A stretch of DNA of 54,623 nucleotides from Candidatus Uhrbacteria bacterium (GTDB taxonomy: Bacteria; Patescibacteriota; Patescibacteriia; UBA9934; GWF2-40-263), in NCBI GenBank assembly GCA_016188475.1, contig JACPHT010000005.1, positions 1 to 54,623 of the forward strand, written 5' to 3'. The notes below the pieces were generated by a model. The model saw only the letters and a list, made by a program, of their open reading frames with translations, was not told the origin of the DNA and did no database searches. Position 1 is the stretch's first letter; each line of letters opens with the position of its first letter. This document shows positions 29,187-38,883 of this stretch, one piece after another. The position numbers and the translations under genes are program-made.

Positions 29187-30422
29187 CTATCTTACATAAT
29201 CCAAAGGATTTTGGAATTTACCCTTCTTAATAACTTCAAAGTGCAAATGTGTTCCTGTTGATCTACCAGTTGTCCCAGTTCGTGCAAGCGCGTCTCCGGC
29301 TTTTACTACGTCTCCAACAGAAACAAAAAGTTTTGAGTGATGCGCATATCGGGTTACATATCCGTCACCATGATCAACTTCAACGGTGAGTCCATATCCT
29401 CCTCGCCATCCACTATAAATTACAACTCCGTCTCGAGCCGCATAACTATTAGTAGTGTAATCTCCGTCAATATCAACTCCTGTATGTCTCCAGCTAAAAT
29501 ATTGTGTAATCACACGCCAATCAGTTGGCCAAAGCCAATAACCTTCAACTGGTGGAGTTGATGAAGGAGGAACAAAGAGATTTGCAACAGATGAAGAACG
29601 TTTTGGCGCTTGAGAAATCGGTTCCCCGCCAGGAATCAAAAGTTCATCTCCAATTGAAAGACGGTCAGCACTAGCAAGTTTGTTTTGTTCAAGAATTTTT
29701 TCCGGCTCTACACCATAGCGTTGTGAAATTCTTGAAATAGTGTCGCCTGAACGAACGGTGTACAAAATACCGTTTGAAGGCAAGATCACAAGACTTTGTC
29801 CTGGTTGAATCGTACTTCTAAATGTAAGATTGTTCGACCAAAGAATAGTGCTGAGATTCAACCCAAACTTTTCAGAAATCTGACCAAGTGTATCTCCTTC
29901 TTGAACAACATATTTTTCGATATTGTCGCGTGTTGGAACAGAAGAAGCGGTACCAGCTCCTCCGGTTGTTGAAGTTACATACGACTGATCAAGATAGTTT
30001 AAATCTATATGCGCGCCAGCATCCAAAATAGTGTCATTTAGATAGGCGACGCTTGTTCCAGTTGAAATAATACTGTCGCTTGCGGTTACAACTTCAACAT
30101 CTTGCGAGTCGTCAACTGCGATAAGTGAATGCAAAATGCTTTTCTGCCCAAATGTTTGCGCGCGAACTTCGCGTGTGCTTATGTTTGCAAATACAACCGC
30201 AACAACCAAAACAACCATCATCGCATGAACTGTGTAACGATTGGTGATAATGCTTAAAAGCCTATGTTTTGTTGGACGCGCAACACGATAAATAAGATGT
30301 CGAATAAAAAAAGTGAATCGGTAAATTGGAATTCCAATCCATCGAATCAAAAAAAGCCCTATGATTGAAATTGGTTTGGTTATAATGCCAAACCCTGTTC
30401 CAGCGTAGCGCTTGAAGAGCAT
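29187..30422 (-). CDS. LysM + M23 peptidase
   Basis: Two LysM domains (YVVQEGDTL, YTVRSGDTI); HTGVD and HLHFE. Confidence 0.93.
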   Translation of the reverse strand: MLFKRYAGTGFGIITKPISIIGLFLIRWIGIPIYRFTFFIRHLIYRVARPTKHRLLSIITNRYTVHAMMVVLVVAVVFANISTREVRAQTFGQKSILHSLIAVDDSQDVEVVTASDSIISTGTSVAYLNDTILDAGAHIDLNYLDQSYVTSTTGGAGTASSVPTRDNIEKYVVQEGDTLGQISEKFGLNLSTILWSNNLTFRSTIQPGQSLVILPSNGILYTVRSGDTISRISQRYGVEPEKILEQNKLASADRLSIGDELLIPGGEPISQAPKRSSSVANLFVPPSSTPPVEGYWLWPTDWRVITQYFSWRHTGVDIDGDYTTNSYAARDGVVIYSGWRGGYGLTVEVDHGDGYVTRYAHHSKLFVSVGDVVKAGDALARTGTTGRSTGTHLHFEVIKKGKFQNPLDYVR

Positions 30423-30638
30423 GAGCCCGCGTAAAAAACCGAGAAGTCCGCGGACAACAAATTGTTTTATTTTGATTCGAATATATGTGTTATTAAACGC
30501 TTAAAATAATAACAAAAAATGATCGATCCGTCAATGAAACTTTGACAAAAAGCATTTTTTTTCCTAATATATCCGCGTTCATCTGTTTAATCCTTAATTC
30601 CACTTGCTACTTTGCAACTCTACTACTTTATTTTACAT

Positions 30639-32630
30639 ATGCCTATTACTTACTACGCAATTGGTGCAGGAATTCTGGCACTTCTCTATGGAGTCGCTTT
30701 AATTCAATGGATTCTTAAACGTCCGGCTGGCGAAGGTAAAATGAAAGGTATCGCGCTTGCAATTCAAGAAGGCGCGAACGCTTACATGTCGCGCCAGTAC
30801 AAAGTGATAGCTGGAATCGGCGCTGTTATTTTTCTCATATTAGGATTTGCACTGAACTGGACACTTGCGATTGGATTTTTGGTTGGTGCGATTCTTTCCG
30901 GTCTTGCTGGTATTATCGGTATGTCAGTTTCAGTTCGCGCAAACGTTCGAACAGCAGAGGCAGCAAAAAACGGGCTGTCTGCAGCAATGGATATTGCGGC
31001 TCGTGGTGGTTCAGTCACAGGGCTTTTTGTAGTTGGTCTTGCGCTTATTGGCGTTGCTGGATTTTACGCGATAACAGGTGATGTTCAAGCGCTTGTCGGA
31101 CTTGGATTCGGTGGATCACTTATCAGTGTGTTTGCGCGTTTGGGCGGTGGAATCTTCACAAAAGCCGCTGATGTTGGAGCTGACTTGGTTGGAAAAACAG
31201 AAGCTGGAATTCCTGAAGATGATCCAAGAAACCCTGGAGTGATAGCTGATAATGTCGGAGATAATGTTGGTGACTGCGCTGGAATGGCGGCTGATTTATT
31301 TGAAACATATGCTGTAACAACAGTCGCGACAATGCTTCTTGGTTCACTTTTATTTGAAGGAAATCAGACAATAGTTGTTTATCCTTTGGCTCTTGGAGCA
31401 ATTGCTATTGTTGCATCAATAATTGGAACGTTCTTCATCAAAATCAGCGCGGACAAAAAAATCATGAAAGCATTGTACAAAGGTTTGATTGTTGCCGGAG
31501 TTCTAGCCGCGATTGGTTTTTATCCTGTTACAACAAAAATGCTTTCTGGTGTTTCTGGAATTCAACCAATGAATGTTTATTTCAGCGCGATCGTCGGACT
31601 AATTGTCACAGCTCTCATGATTGTAATAACAGAATTTTATACAAGCACAGCGCACAAACCAGTTCAGGAACTTGCAAAAGCTTCTGAATCCGGACACGGA
31701 ACAAACATTATTGCTGGAATTGCGCTTTCAATGAAATCAACCGCATTACCAGTTCTTTCAATCGTGCTTGGTATATTGGTTTCATATCAATTCGCCGGCT
31801 TGTTCGGAATCGCGATTGCGGCAATGGCAATGTTGTCACTCACAGGAATCATTGTTGCGATGGATGCTTATGGACCAATCACAGACAATGCTGGCGGCAT
31901 TGCTGAAATGGCAGAGCTTCCAAAAGAAGTGCGTGACGTTACTGATCCACTTGACGCAGTTGGCAACACAACAAAAGCAGTTACAAAAGCTTACGCGATC
32001 GGATCTGCAGGTCTCGCAACACTTGTTTTGTTTGGTGATTATATTCACGCAATCAAAGCCGAGGGTGTTGATGTTGTATTTACTCTTGTTGACCCGCGAG
32101 TGATTGCGGGACTCTTTCTCGGCGGTCTTGTTACATATCTTTTTGGCGCAATGGCAATGGAAGCTGTTGGAAAAGCGGCCGGCGCTGTTGTTGAAGAAGT
32201 TCGCCGACAGTTCCGTGAGATTCCTGGAATCATGCAAGGCACTGCAAAACCTGAATATGGAAAAGCAGTTGATATCGTAACTCAATCAGCGCTTCGAAGA
32301 ATGATCGCTCCTGCTGTCTTGGCAGTTTTATCTCCGATTGTTGTTGGATTTTTGCTTGGACCTGAAGCGCTCGGAGGACTTTTGATCGGTTCAATTATCA
32401 CTGGACTCTTTGTCGCAATTTCAATGACAACAGGTGGTGGAGCTTGGGACAATGCAAAGAAATTTATTGAGGCTGGAAACTACGGCGGTAAAGGATCTGA
32501 CGCTCATAAAGCAGCCATAACTGGAGACACTGTTGGAGATCCATATAAAGACACAGCTGGCCCAGCAATCAATCCGATGATAAAAATTTTGAATATTGTA
32601 GCTTTGTTGATCGTAGCGTTGATTGTGTAG
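30639..32630 (+). CDS. hppA: Membrane H+-translocating pyrophosphatase (K+-independent type)
   Basis: [30 protein letters not shown]; GNTTKA lysine variant. Confidence 0.95.
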   Translation: MPITYYAIGAGILALLYGVALIQWILKRPAGEGKMKGIALAIQEGANAYMSRQYKVIAGIGAVIFLILGFALNWTLAIGFLVGAILSGLAGIIGMSVSVRANVRTAEAAKNGLSAAMDIAARGGSVTGLFVVGLALIGVAGFYAITGDVQALVGLGFGGSLISVFARLGGGIFTKAADVGADLVGKTEAGIPEDDPRNPGVIADNVGDNVGDCAGMAADLFETYAVTTVATMLLGSLLFEGNQTIVVYPLALGAIAIVASIIGTFFIKISADKKIMKALYKGLIVAGVLAAIGFYPVTTKMLSGVSGIQPMNVYFSAIVGLIVTALMIVITEFYTSTAHKPVQELAKASESGHGTNIIAGIALSMKSTALPVLSIVLGILVSYQFAGLFGIAIAAMAMLSLTGIIVAMDAYGPITDNAGGIAEMAELPKEVRDVTDPLDAVGNTTKAVTKAYAIGSAGLATLVLFGDYIHAIKAEGVDVVFTLVDPRVIAGLFLGGLVTYLFGAMAMEAVGKAAGAVVEEVRRQFREIPGIMQGTAKPEYGKAVDIVTQSALRRMIAPAVLAVLSPIVVGFLLGPEALGGLLIGSIITGLFVAISMTTGGGAWDNAKKFIEAGNYGGKGSDAHKAAITGDTVGDPYKDTAGPAINPMIKILNIVALLIVALIV

Positions 32631-32649
32631 CCCACGGCTTTAGACGTGG
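32627..32649 (+). repeat. GTAG-type REP-like palindrome overlapping the hppA stop
   Basis: GTAGCCCACGGCTTTAGACGTGG. Confidence 0.6.
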
Positions 32650-32743
32650 CGAAGGAGTGATGAAGTGAGAAAGTAAAGAAAAGCAAAAAAATAAGCGACT
32701 TACTGCTAAATCTATCAAAAAGCGGTAAGTCGTTTTTTATTGA

Positions 32744-32872
32744 GAGATTGTTGCAATACTTCTATTCTTGCCTGAGCTTGTCGAAGGCTGTAGGCAAATA
32801 AGCCAAATTTTACCCATTCGACAGGCTCAGGGAATAAAATTTGGCTTTTGAACAGAGTTTTTCAACGGTCTC
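32744..32872. mobile_element. MITE/REP-doublet copy
   Basis: Imperfect TIR gagattgttgcaatact/agtttttcaacggtctc around cctgagcttgtcgaagg and ttcgacaggctcaggg cores. Confidence 0.75.
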
Positions 32873-32972
32873 TTTGTGCTTATTGACATAAAATAATACT
32901 TGTGTAAAATAGCCTGTTCATCGCGGATTTGCCGCTTTGGACTTGGTTTCACACAAATATGGAGGGATTTAT

Positions 32973-33707
32973 GTGAGAAGCGAAGGATTGCGAGGACATA
33001 TAGAAGATTGTGTACGTGACCTTGCCGGAAGGCTTGAATCAAGATATCCAAAAGGTTCAAGATCCTGCGCATTCATCAGACAACCAATCGCAGACTTCTG
33101 CGGTGTGGGATTGAAAACCGCCACAAGGTGGCTTCACAGCCCAGACTCTCTTCCAAACGGAACCCAGCTCATAAAGCTCATGTGTTATTTACAAATGATC
33201 GGCTACCGTGTAATTGAGTGGGAGAAAATCCCGGTTGCTCGCAGGAACTTTGCGGAACTTCTAGGATTCGGGATCCTTTCGGTAGAGCAAGCTCGCGTGA
33301 TAATCGGTTACTCCACAACAACCACAACTTATCAAGTCCTACTTGGCCACTACGGTACAAGCAAGGACAAAGATGGGATTATGTGGGAAACGTGGAAATC
33401 GAAAATGGGCGAGCTCGAGGGAGTGAAATCGGATGCTCTGCAAAAATATCGTCTTGATCTCTCAAGTGTAAAACAGCCGAGAACAGAAACTCAAGGACAG
33501 ATTCCTCAAGCAATCGCTCCAACTCGATTTACGGCGATATCCTATTTCATGGACGGCTTGAAAGCACTGCTTGAGGATAAATCTTTCATAAACACTGAAC
33601 TTGACTCTGCTGACGTTGCGCCGCTCAAAGAAACTATAAGCAGACTCCAACAAGTTTTGAGTGTTATACACTCGAAACTGAAAGGAGATGCTAATGACGA
33701 CGAATGA
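32973..33707 (+). CDS. Hypothetical protein with putative N-terminal HTH
   Basis: SD GGAGGG then GTG 32973; RQPIADFCGVGLKTATRWL is HTH-like; upstream TTGACA..TAAAAT. Confidence 0.7.
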   Translation: MRSEGLRGHIEDCVRDLAGRLESRYPKGSRSCAFIRQPIADFCGVGLKTATRWLHSPDSLPNGTQLIKLMCYLQMIGYRVIEWEKIPVARRNFAELLGFGILSVEQARVIIGYSTTTTTYQVLLGHYGTSKDKDGIMWETWKSKMGELEGVKSDALQKYRLDLSSVKQPRTETQGQIPQAIAPTRFTAISYFMDGLKALLEDKSFINTELDSADVAPLKETISRLQQVLSVIHSKLKGDANDDE

Positions 33708-33954
33708 GTACATAGCAACTGTCGAGAAGATCATTCAAAACGGCAAGCATGGACCTTACGCCGTAGCTCGGTGCGAAGAACTTGATTCAATCACTTTCTC
33801 GCTTGACAGAAAAGTCTGGAAAGAAGACGATCTTCCAGAGCCTGGAATGATCGTCGTGCTCTCGAAAGTCAGGAAAAAGCGTGCCGGGTGGCGCGCTTTG
33901 GTCGGGCGGCACATCACTCCGTCTGACAAAGCAACCAGCAGCAGCAAGGAGTAA
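33694..33954 (+). CDS. Small putative OB-fold-like protein
   Basis: SD AAGGAG; beta-rich (ATVEKII..GPYAVA..SITFSL..PGMIVVL..GWRA). Confidence 0.65.
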   Translation: MTTNEYIATVEKIIQNGKHGPYAVARCEELDSITFSLDRKVWKEDDLPEPGMIVVLSKVRKKRAGWRALVGRHITPSDKATSSSKE

Positions 33955-33957
33955 CAA

Positions 33958-34755
33958 GTGAAGGTTGTGGGGATTCGAAGAGTTCGTGTAACTGACCTGA
34001 AGATGAATCTGTTCGTACGAAAAGAGCTCAACACCGAACACGCGCTGTACTTGGGTCAGCTCATTGAGAGTGGTGTCAAGATGAAGGACATGATCGATGT
34101 AACTGACCGCGGTGGAGAGCAGAACGTCGTAGTCGAGGGCCGTCACCGAAAAGAGGGCTACGAACTCGCGCACGTGGAAGATATCGATGTTAGGGTTCTC
34201 GAATTCGAGTCCGAGGCTGAAATGATCGGCTACGCGTACCGAGCCAACACCGGCGGATCTCTTCCTCCGACGCCACAAGACACAGAGCACACAGTCATGT
34301 TGCTCATCGATAAGGGAGAGACAATCAAGCACATCGGTGAGCTTCTCGGACTTCCTGCTAGCATGGCGCGTATTTACGTCAAGTCAGTGAAATCCAAGAT
34401 AGCAAGACAGAACCTTATGAAAGCAACTGCCGCTGTCACAGAAGGCGGACTCACGGTTCAGCAGGCAGCTGAAAAGCACGGTGCGGATTTCGAAGATCTC
34501 AAAACCCATCTTTCTGGCAAGCGCAAACAGCGCAAGAATGGAGTCGCGGACATCCAGCGCTCTCTGACCTCCGCATACAAGTCCATGGGTTCCAGCAACG
34601 CAGCGATGATCAGAAGCCTCCTTGAAAAACTCGAGGACGGCGATGTGACACGCAAGCAGGTGACGGAAATTTTCAATCACCTCACAGCTCTTCAGAAGTC
34701 GGCCTTACGCTCTATTGAAGGATGGAGAAAGAGGTTCGAGGCAAAAAAAGCCTAA
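33958..34755 (+). CDS. ParB/Srx N-terminal domain protein with HTH
   Basis: NLFVR, VVEGRHR, AYRAN motifs; HTH-like TIKHIGELLGLP and LTVQQAAEKHG. Confidence 0.75.
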   Translation: MKVVGIRRVRVTDLKMNLFVRKELNTEHALYLGQLIESGVKMKDMIDVTDRGGEQNVVVEGRHRKEGYELAHVEDIDVRVLEFESEAEMIGYAYRANTGGSLPPTPQDTEHTVMLLIDKGETIKHIGELLGLPASMARIYVKSVKSKIARQNLMKATAAVTEGGLTVQQAAEKHGADFEDLKTHLSGKRKQRKNGVADIQRSLTSAYKSMGSSNAAMIRSLLEKLEDGDVTRKQVTEIFNHLTALQKSALRSIEGWRKRFEAKKA

Positions 34756-34876
34756 CAACCTCAACTTCTCAAATCACTCTTACAGCCACTTTGGCTGTTT
34801 TTTCATTGACAAAATAGTAGTTTGCTATTAGCCTTTAGCCGTTAGACAAGCCTTTAGCCATTAGCTTTTAGACATT

Positions 34877-36169
34877 ATGCCATCAATCAATATCGAGGAA
34901 AAAGAAAAAGCGACTATAAAAATAACCTTCACTGTTACTCAAGAAGAAGCCAGACCTTATCTTGAAGAAGCGGCTGAACGACTCTGCAAGCAAACTCCAA
35001 TCCCGGGTTTTCGCCCAGGAAAAGCGGGTTTTGAAATTGTAAAACAGCGTTTTGGTGAGATGAAAATTTTGGAAGAAGCGCTCGAACCTATTATCAGAAA
35101 ATCATTCGTTGAAGCGGTTCTTTCGCATAACATCGAAACTGTTGGCTCGCCAAAAATCGATGTTGAAAAATTAGCTCCAGGAAATGATATTGTTTTTATT
35201 GCTGAAGTTGCGCGAATGCCAAAAGCGCTCTCTCTTACTGATTACAAAAAACTAACTGTCACAGCAAAACCTGTCGAAATTACTGACAAAGAAATTGATC
35301 TTGCGATCCGTGATATTCAAAAAATGCAAACAAAAGAAGTTCGTTCGAAATCAGGATCTCAAATCAACGAAAAAAATAAAGTGGTTCTATCAATGAGCAT
35401 TAAAAAAGATGGTGTTGCGATCGATGGGGGACAGTCACCTAACCACGCTATCTATTTGTCCGAGGATTATTATATTCCCGGTCTTAAGGAACAATTGATC
35501 GGATTGAAAGAAGGAGACCAAAAAACATTCACACTTCCGTTTCCAAAAGAGCATGTTCAAAAAATGTTAGCGGGAAATAATGTTGATTTTGATATTACAA
35601 TCAAAGAAATTTATAACCTTGAACCTCCTGTAATTGATGACGTGTTTGCAAGTTCACTCGGAACGAAGGACCTAAATGAATTAAGAAAAAAAATCGACAA
35701 AAATTTAAGGGACGAAAAAGAGATTGAAGAACAGACTCGTCAAGAAAAAGAAATGTTTGACCTACTTGTAAAGAAATCTCAGTTTGAAGAAATCCCGGAT
35801 CTTCTTTTGAATGAAGAAATAAATAAAATGATTGATGAACTAAAGCGCAATGTTGAGTCTCAAGGTCTTGAATTTGAAACCTACATTTCAAATCTTAAAA
35901 AGACGCTTGCTCAGCTTAAAATTGATTTTACCCCGCAAGCGTTAACGAGAATCAAAGTTGCGATTGCTCTTCGCTTTGTTGCTGAAAAAGAAAATGTCGA
36001 AATAAAAGATGATGAAGTCGACGCGGAGCTTGATAGAATCGCTGGACATTACGAAGATCCTGAAATGAAAAAACGAGTTTATGAACCGTCATTTCGAGAA
36101 TACATTGAACGCGTGCTTATAAATCGAAAAACTATTAGTTTGCTTAAACAGCTCATGGTGAAAGTATGA
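34877..36169 (+). CDS. tig: Trigger factor
   Basis: IPGFRPGKA, YIPGLKEQLIG. Confidence 0.95.
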   Translation: MPSINIEEKEKATIKITFTVTQEEARPYLEEAAERLCKQTPIPGFRPGKAGFEIVKQRFGEMKILEEALEPIIRKSFVEAVLSHNIETVGSPKIDVEKLAPGNDIVFIAEVARMPKALSLTDYKKLTVTAKPVEITDKEIDLAIRDIQKMQTKEVRSKSGSQINEKNKVVLSMSIKKDGVAIDGGQSPNHAIYLSEDYYIPGLKEQLIGLKEGDQKTFTLPFPKEHVQKMLAGNNVDFDITIKEIYNLEPPVIDDVFASSLGTKDLNELRKKIDKNLRDEKEIEEQTRQEKEMFDLLVKKSQFEEIPDLLLNEEINKMIDELKRNVESQGLEFETYISNLKKTLAQLKIDFTPQALTRIKVAIALRFVAEKENVEIKDDEVDAELDRIAGHYEDPEMKKRVYEPSFREYIERVLINRKTISLLKQLMVKV

Positions 36170-36396
36170 TCCTGACAGTTTACGCAAAACCAAGCGCAAA
36201 AAAAAATTCAGTTGAATGGGTCGATGAAGATACAGTGAAAATTTCAGTTACTGCAAAACCTGAAAAAGGGAAGGCAAACGAAGCGATTTTAGAGCTTTTG
36301 TCTGAAGAACTCGATATAAGAAAAACAGCAATGGAAATTATTCGCGGAAAAACTACGCGAATCAAACAAATTGAAATTTTAGACAAGACATCATAA
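36166..36396 (+). CDS. DUF167/YggU-family protein
   Basis: VYAKPSAKK..PEKGKANEA..G.T.R.K. Confidence 0.88.
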   Translation: MILTVYAKPSAKKNSVEWVDEDTVKISVTAKPEKGKANEAILELLSEELDIRKTAMEIIRGKTTRIKQIEILDKTS

Positions 36397-36642
36397 AACT
36401 GGATCATTTCCACCTTTTGAAAAAGGATTGCACCGCAAAATTCGCTTCAAAGCCATCAAACCACCACGCAAAACACCATATTGATCTATGGCTTGATAAC
36501 CGTAATCTGAACAAGTTGGGTTAAACCGGCAAAAACCGTCTGGATAAAAATACCGAACGAATCCGTGATCAAAAGAAATCGTCTTTTGATATATCCTTAT
36601 AGTGAACAAAACAATTTCTTTGAAAAAAACACGCAAACTCAT
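36391..36642 (-). CDS. yidD: Membrane protein insertion efficiency factor
   Basis: CRFNPTCSDY, RILRCNPFSKGG.DPV. Confidence 0.93.
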   Translation of the reverse strand: MSLRVFFKEIVLFTIRIYQKTISFDHGFVRYFYPDGFCRFNPTCSDYGYQAIDQYGVLRGGLMALKRILRCNPFSKGGNDPVL

Positions 36643-36983
36643 AAAAGTATACGTGTTTTTTGTTTGAGAGTTTTAAAAATTTCTTCTTCAAAATCCTTGC
36701 TTTTTTTCCCAATCGCTTCTTTCTTTGGCATTAACACAACGTCAAACCCAGGACGAAAATTTTTGAGTTGTTTGAAAATTATCGCACTGATTTGTCTTCG
36801 CAAACGATTTCTAACAACGGCGCTTTTTGAAACTTTCGTACCAACAACAACAGCAAACCGAGAAACTAAAATATGATTTGGTCGATATTTGATATTAATA
36901 AGCAAACCAAAGACGCCTTTGCCTTTTGCAAAGAGCGTTTTGATATCTTTATCATTTCGAAGTCGATGCTCTTTTGAGAGCAT
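36639..36983 (-). CDS. rnpA: RNase P protein
   Basis: KVSKSAVVRNRLRR (RNR motif). Confidence 0.95.
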   Translation of the reverse strand: MLSKEHRLRNDKDIKTLFAKGKGVFGLLINIKYRPNHILVSRFAVVVGTKVSKSAVVRNRLRRQISAIIFKQLKNFRPGFDVVLMPKKEAIGKKSKDFEEEIFKTLKQKTRILL

Positions 36984-36988
36984 ACTTT

Positions 36989-37135
36989 TTATTTATCGCT
37001 AACACTCAAACGTTTTCGCCCTTTAGCGCGACGACGTTTAAGAACAGTTTGACCGGTGGATGTTTTCATGCGAGCACGAAATCCATGCACTTTAGAACGC
37101 TGACGTTTTTTTGGTTGATATGTGCGTTTTGGCAT
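36989..37135 (-). CDS. rpmH: 50S ribosomal protein L34 (not in the ORF track)
   Basis: Manual translation: [48 protein letters not shown]. Confidence 0.97.
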   Translation of the reverse strand: MPKRTYQPKKRQRSKVHGFRARMKTSTGQTVLKRRRAKGRKRLSVSDK

Positions 37136-37166
37136 AGTGTGTTAAGTATAAATAAATACTAACATC

Positions 37167-37226
37167 ATATCCACAACAAATCAACCTATTTACCAACGTT
37201 TCAATAACTTGCCCACATGTGGACAA
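37167..37226. promoter_or_regulatory. Degenerate DnaA boxes upstream of dnaA
   Basis: ATATCCACA, TTGCCCACA, TGTGGACAA. Confidence 0.6.
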
Positions 37227-37246
37227 TTAGTTAAACTGTCAGCCGT

Positions 37247-38632
37247 ATGAACACCAACGAACTTTGGCAAGCAGTACTAGGTGAACTTGAGCTTTCACTT
37301 AGTAAGGCAAACTTCACAACATGGTTTAAACAAACCTTTATTTCTGAAGTTCGTGAAAACTCTGTAATTGTAGGAGTGCCAAATCTGTTCACAAAAGCTT
37401 GGCTTGAAAAAAAATACGCCAAGGAAATTCTTCAATCGCTTCAAGATCTCACAAATGGATCTGTAAAACAACTTACGTATCGAGTTGAAACCAGATCTCA
37501 AAATCCACAAATCGTTAATATTTCCAAACCAACACCGGAACCAAAAGTTCAATCTGAATCATATCAACCAAGAACAGAGTACGAACCGCAGGAAATTAGA
37601 ACTGGTGAGTTTTCTTTAAATAATAAATACTGTTTCTCCGCCTTTATAGTTGGAAAACAAAATGAGCTTGCTCACGCGGCAGCTCAAGCTGTTTGCGCTC
37701 AACCTGGAGGAGTTTATAATCCGCTCTTTATTTATGGCGGAGTAGGCCTTGGAAAAACCCATCTTTTGCAAGCTGTTGGAAACGAACTTATTAGAAAAAA
37801 CCCGGAAACACGCATTCTCTACGTAACGTGCGAGCGTTTTACAAATGATTTTATAACAGCTCTCAAAACCAACCGAATGGTCGAGTTTAAGAACAGATAT
37901 AGAACTGTGGATGTTTTGTTGGTAGACGATATTCAATTTATTACAGGAAAAGAGGGAACACAGGAGGAATTTTTCCACACTTTTAACCAACTTTATCAAA
38001 ACAATAAGCAAATTGTAATTTCTTCAGATCGACCACCAAAAGCTATTCCAGCACTTGAAAATAGGCTTGTTTCACGTTTTGAATGCGGAATGATGGCTGA
38101 CGTGGGTTCTCCTGACTTTGAAACACGTATTGCGATCCTTGAAACCAAATGTCGAGAGAAGTCTTATATGATGGAAAGAGAGATCTTGCATCATGTTGCA
38201 ACAGTAATTCAAACCAATGTTCGTGAGCTTGAAGGTGCGTTAAATAAAATTATTGCTTTTCACCAATTCAAAAACATTAAACCAACTGCTGAAAGTGTTA
38301 AACCAATACTTTCAAGTTTCCAACCTTCTAATACACGAAAATCAATCACTCCAAAACAACTTATCTTAACAGTAGCTGGATATTTTGACGTTCAAATTGA
38401 AGATCTGCTTGGGCAAAGTCGCCAAAAACGTCTGGCCTTTCCTAGGCAAATAATTATGTACATCATGCGAGAGGAAATGAAAGCGAGTTACCCATCAATC
38501 GGAACAGAGCTTGGCGGAAGAGATCACACAACAGCAATGCATGCGTATGAAAAAATCAGTGGGTGTCTTGAAACAGATGAAAAACTTCAACATGATTTGG
38601 AGCTGATTAAGCAGAAGTTATACGCAATTTAG
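37247..38632 (+). CDS. dnaA: Chromosomal replication initiator
   Basis: YNPLFIYGGVGLGKTHL, DDIQF, QEEFFHTFN, GGRDHTT. Confidence 0.99.
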   Translation: MNTNELWQAVLGELELSLSKANFTTWFKQTFISEVRENSVIVGVPNLFTKAWLEKKYAKEILQSLQDLTNGSVKQLTYRVETRSQNPQIVNISKPTPEPKVQSESYQPRTEYEPQEIRTGEFSLNNKYCFSAFIVGKQNELAHAAAQAVCAQPGGVYNPLFIYGGVGLGKTHLLQAVGNELIRKNPETRILYVTCERFTNDFITALKTNRMVEFKNRYRTVDVLLVDDIQFITGKEGTQEEFFHTFNQLYQNNKQIVISSDRPPKAIPALENRLVSRFECGMMADVGSPDFETRIAILETKCREKSYMMEREILHHVATVIQTNVRELEGALNKIIAFHQFKNIKPTAESVKPILSSFQPSNTRKSITPKQLILTVAGYFDVQIEDLLGQSRQKRLAFPRQIIMYIMREEMKASYPSIGTELGGRDHTTAMHAYEKISGCLETDEKLQHDLELIKQKLYAI

Positions 38633-38883
38633 TCACGTGTTTATATCTGTGTTATAACTCTGTTAATGGTTGAGGAAAAAAGGTAGATAAAAATATGAAT
38701 CAAAAATGTGTTCAAAGTTATCCTGACTTTAATCCTGTAGTTATTATATAGTCTGTCCCCTTTTAGAGTTTGATAAATTCTCTAAAATTAGAGATTAAAA
38801 TAACTTCTCCACTTCATCCACAACCCTTATTACTATTATTGATTCTTATTACTAAATAATTAATATAATAAACCGGTGAAGTT
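38633..38883. other. oriC (dnaA-dnaN intergenic region)
   Basis: Tandem boxes TTCTCCACT/TCATCCACA at 38805-38822, then ACCC, then TTA-TTA-CTA-TTA trios and an AT-rich tract. Confidence 0.8.
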
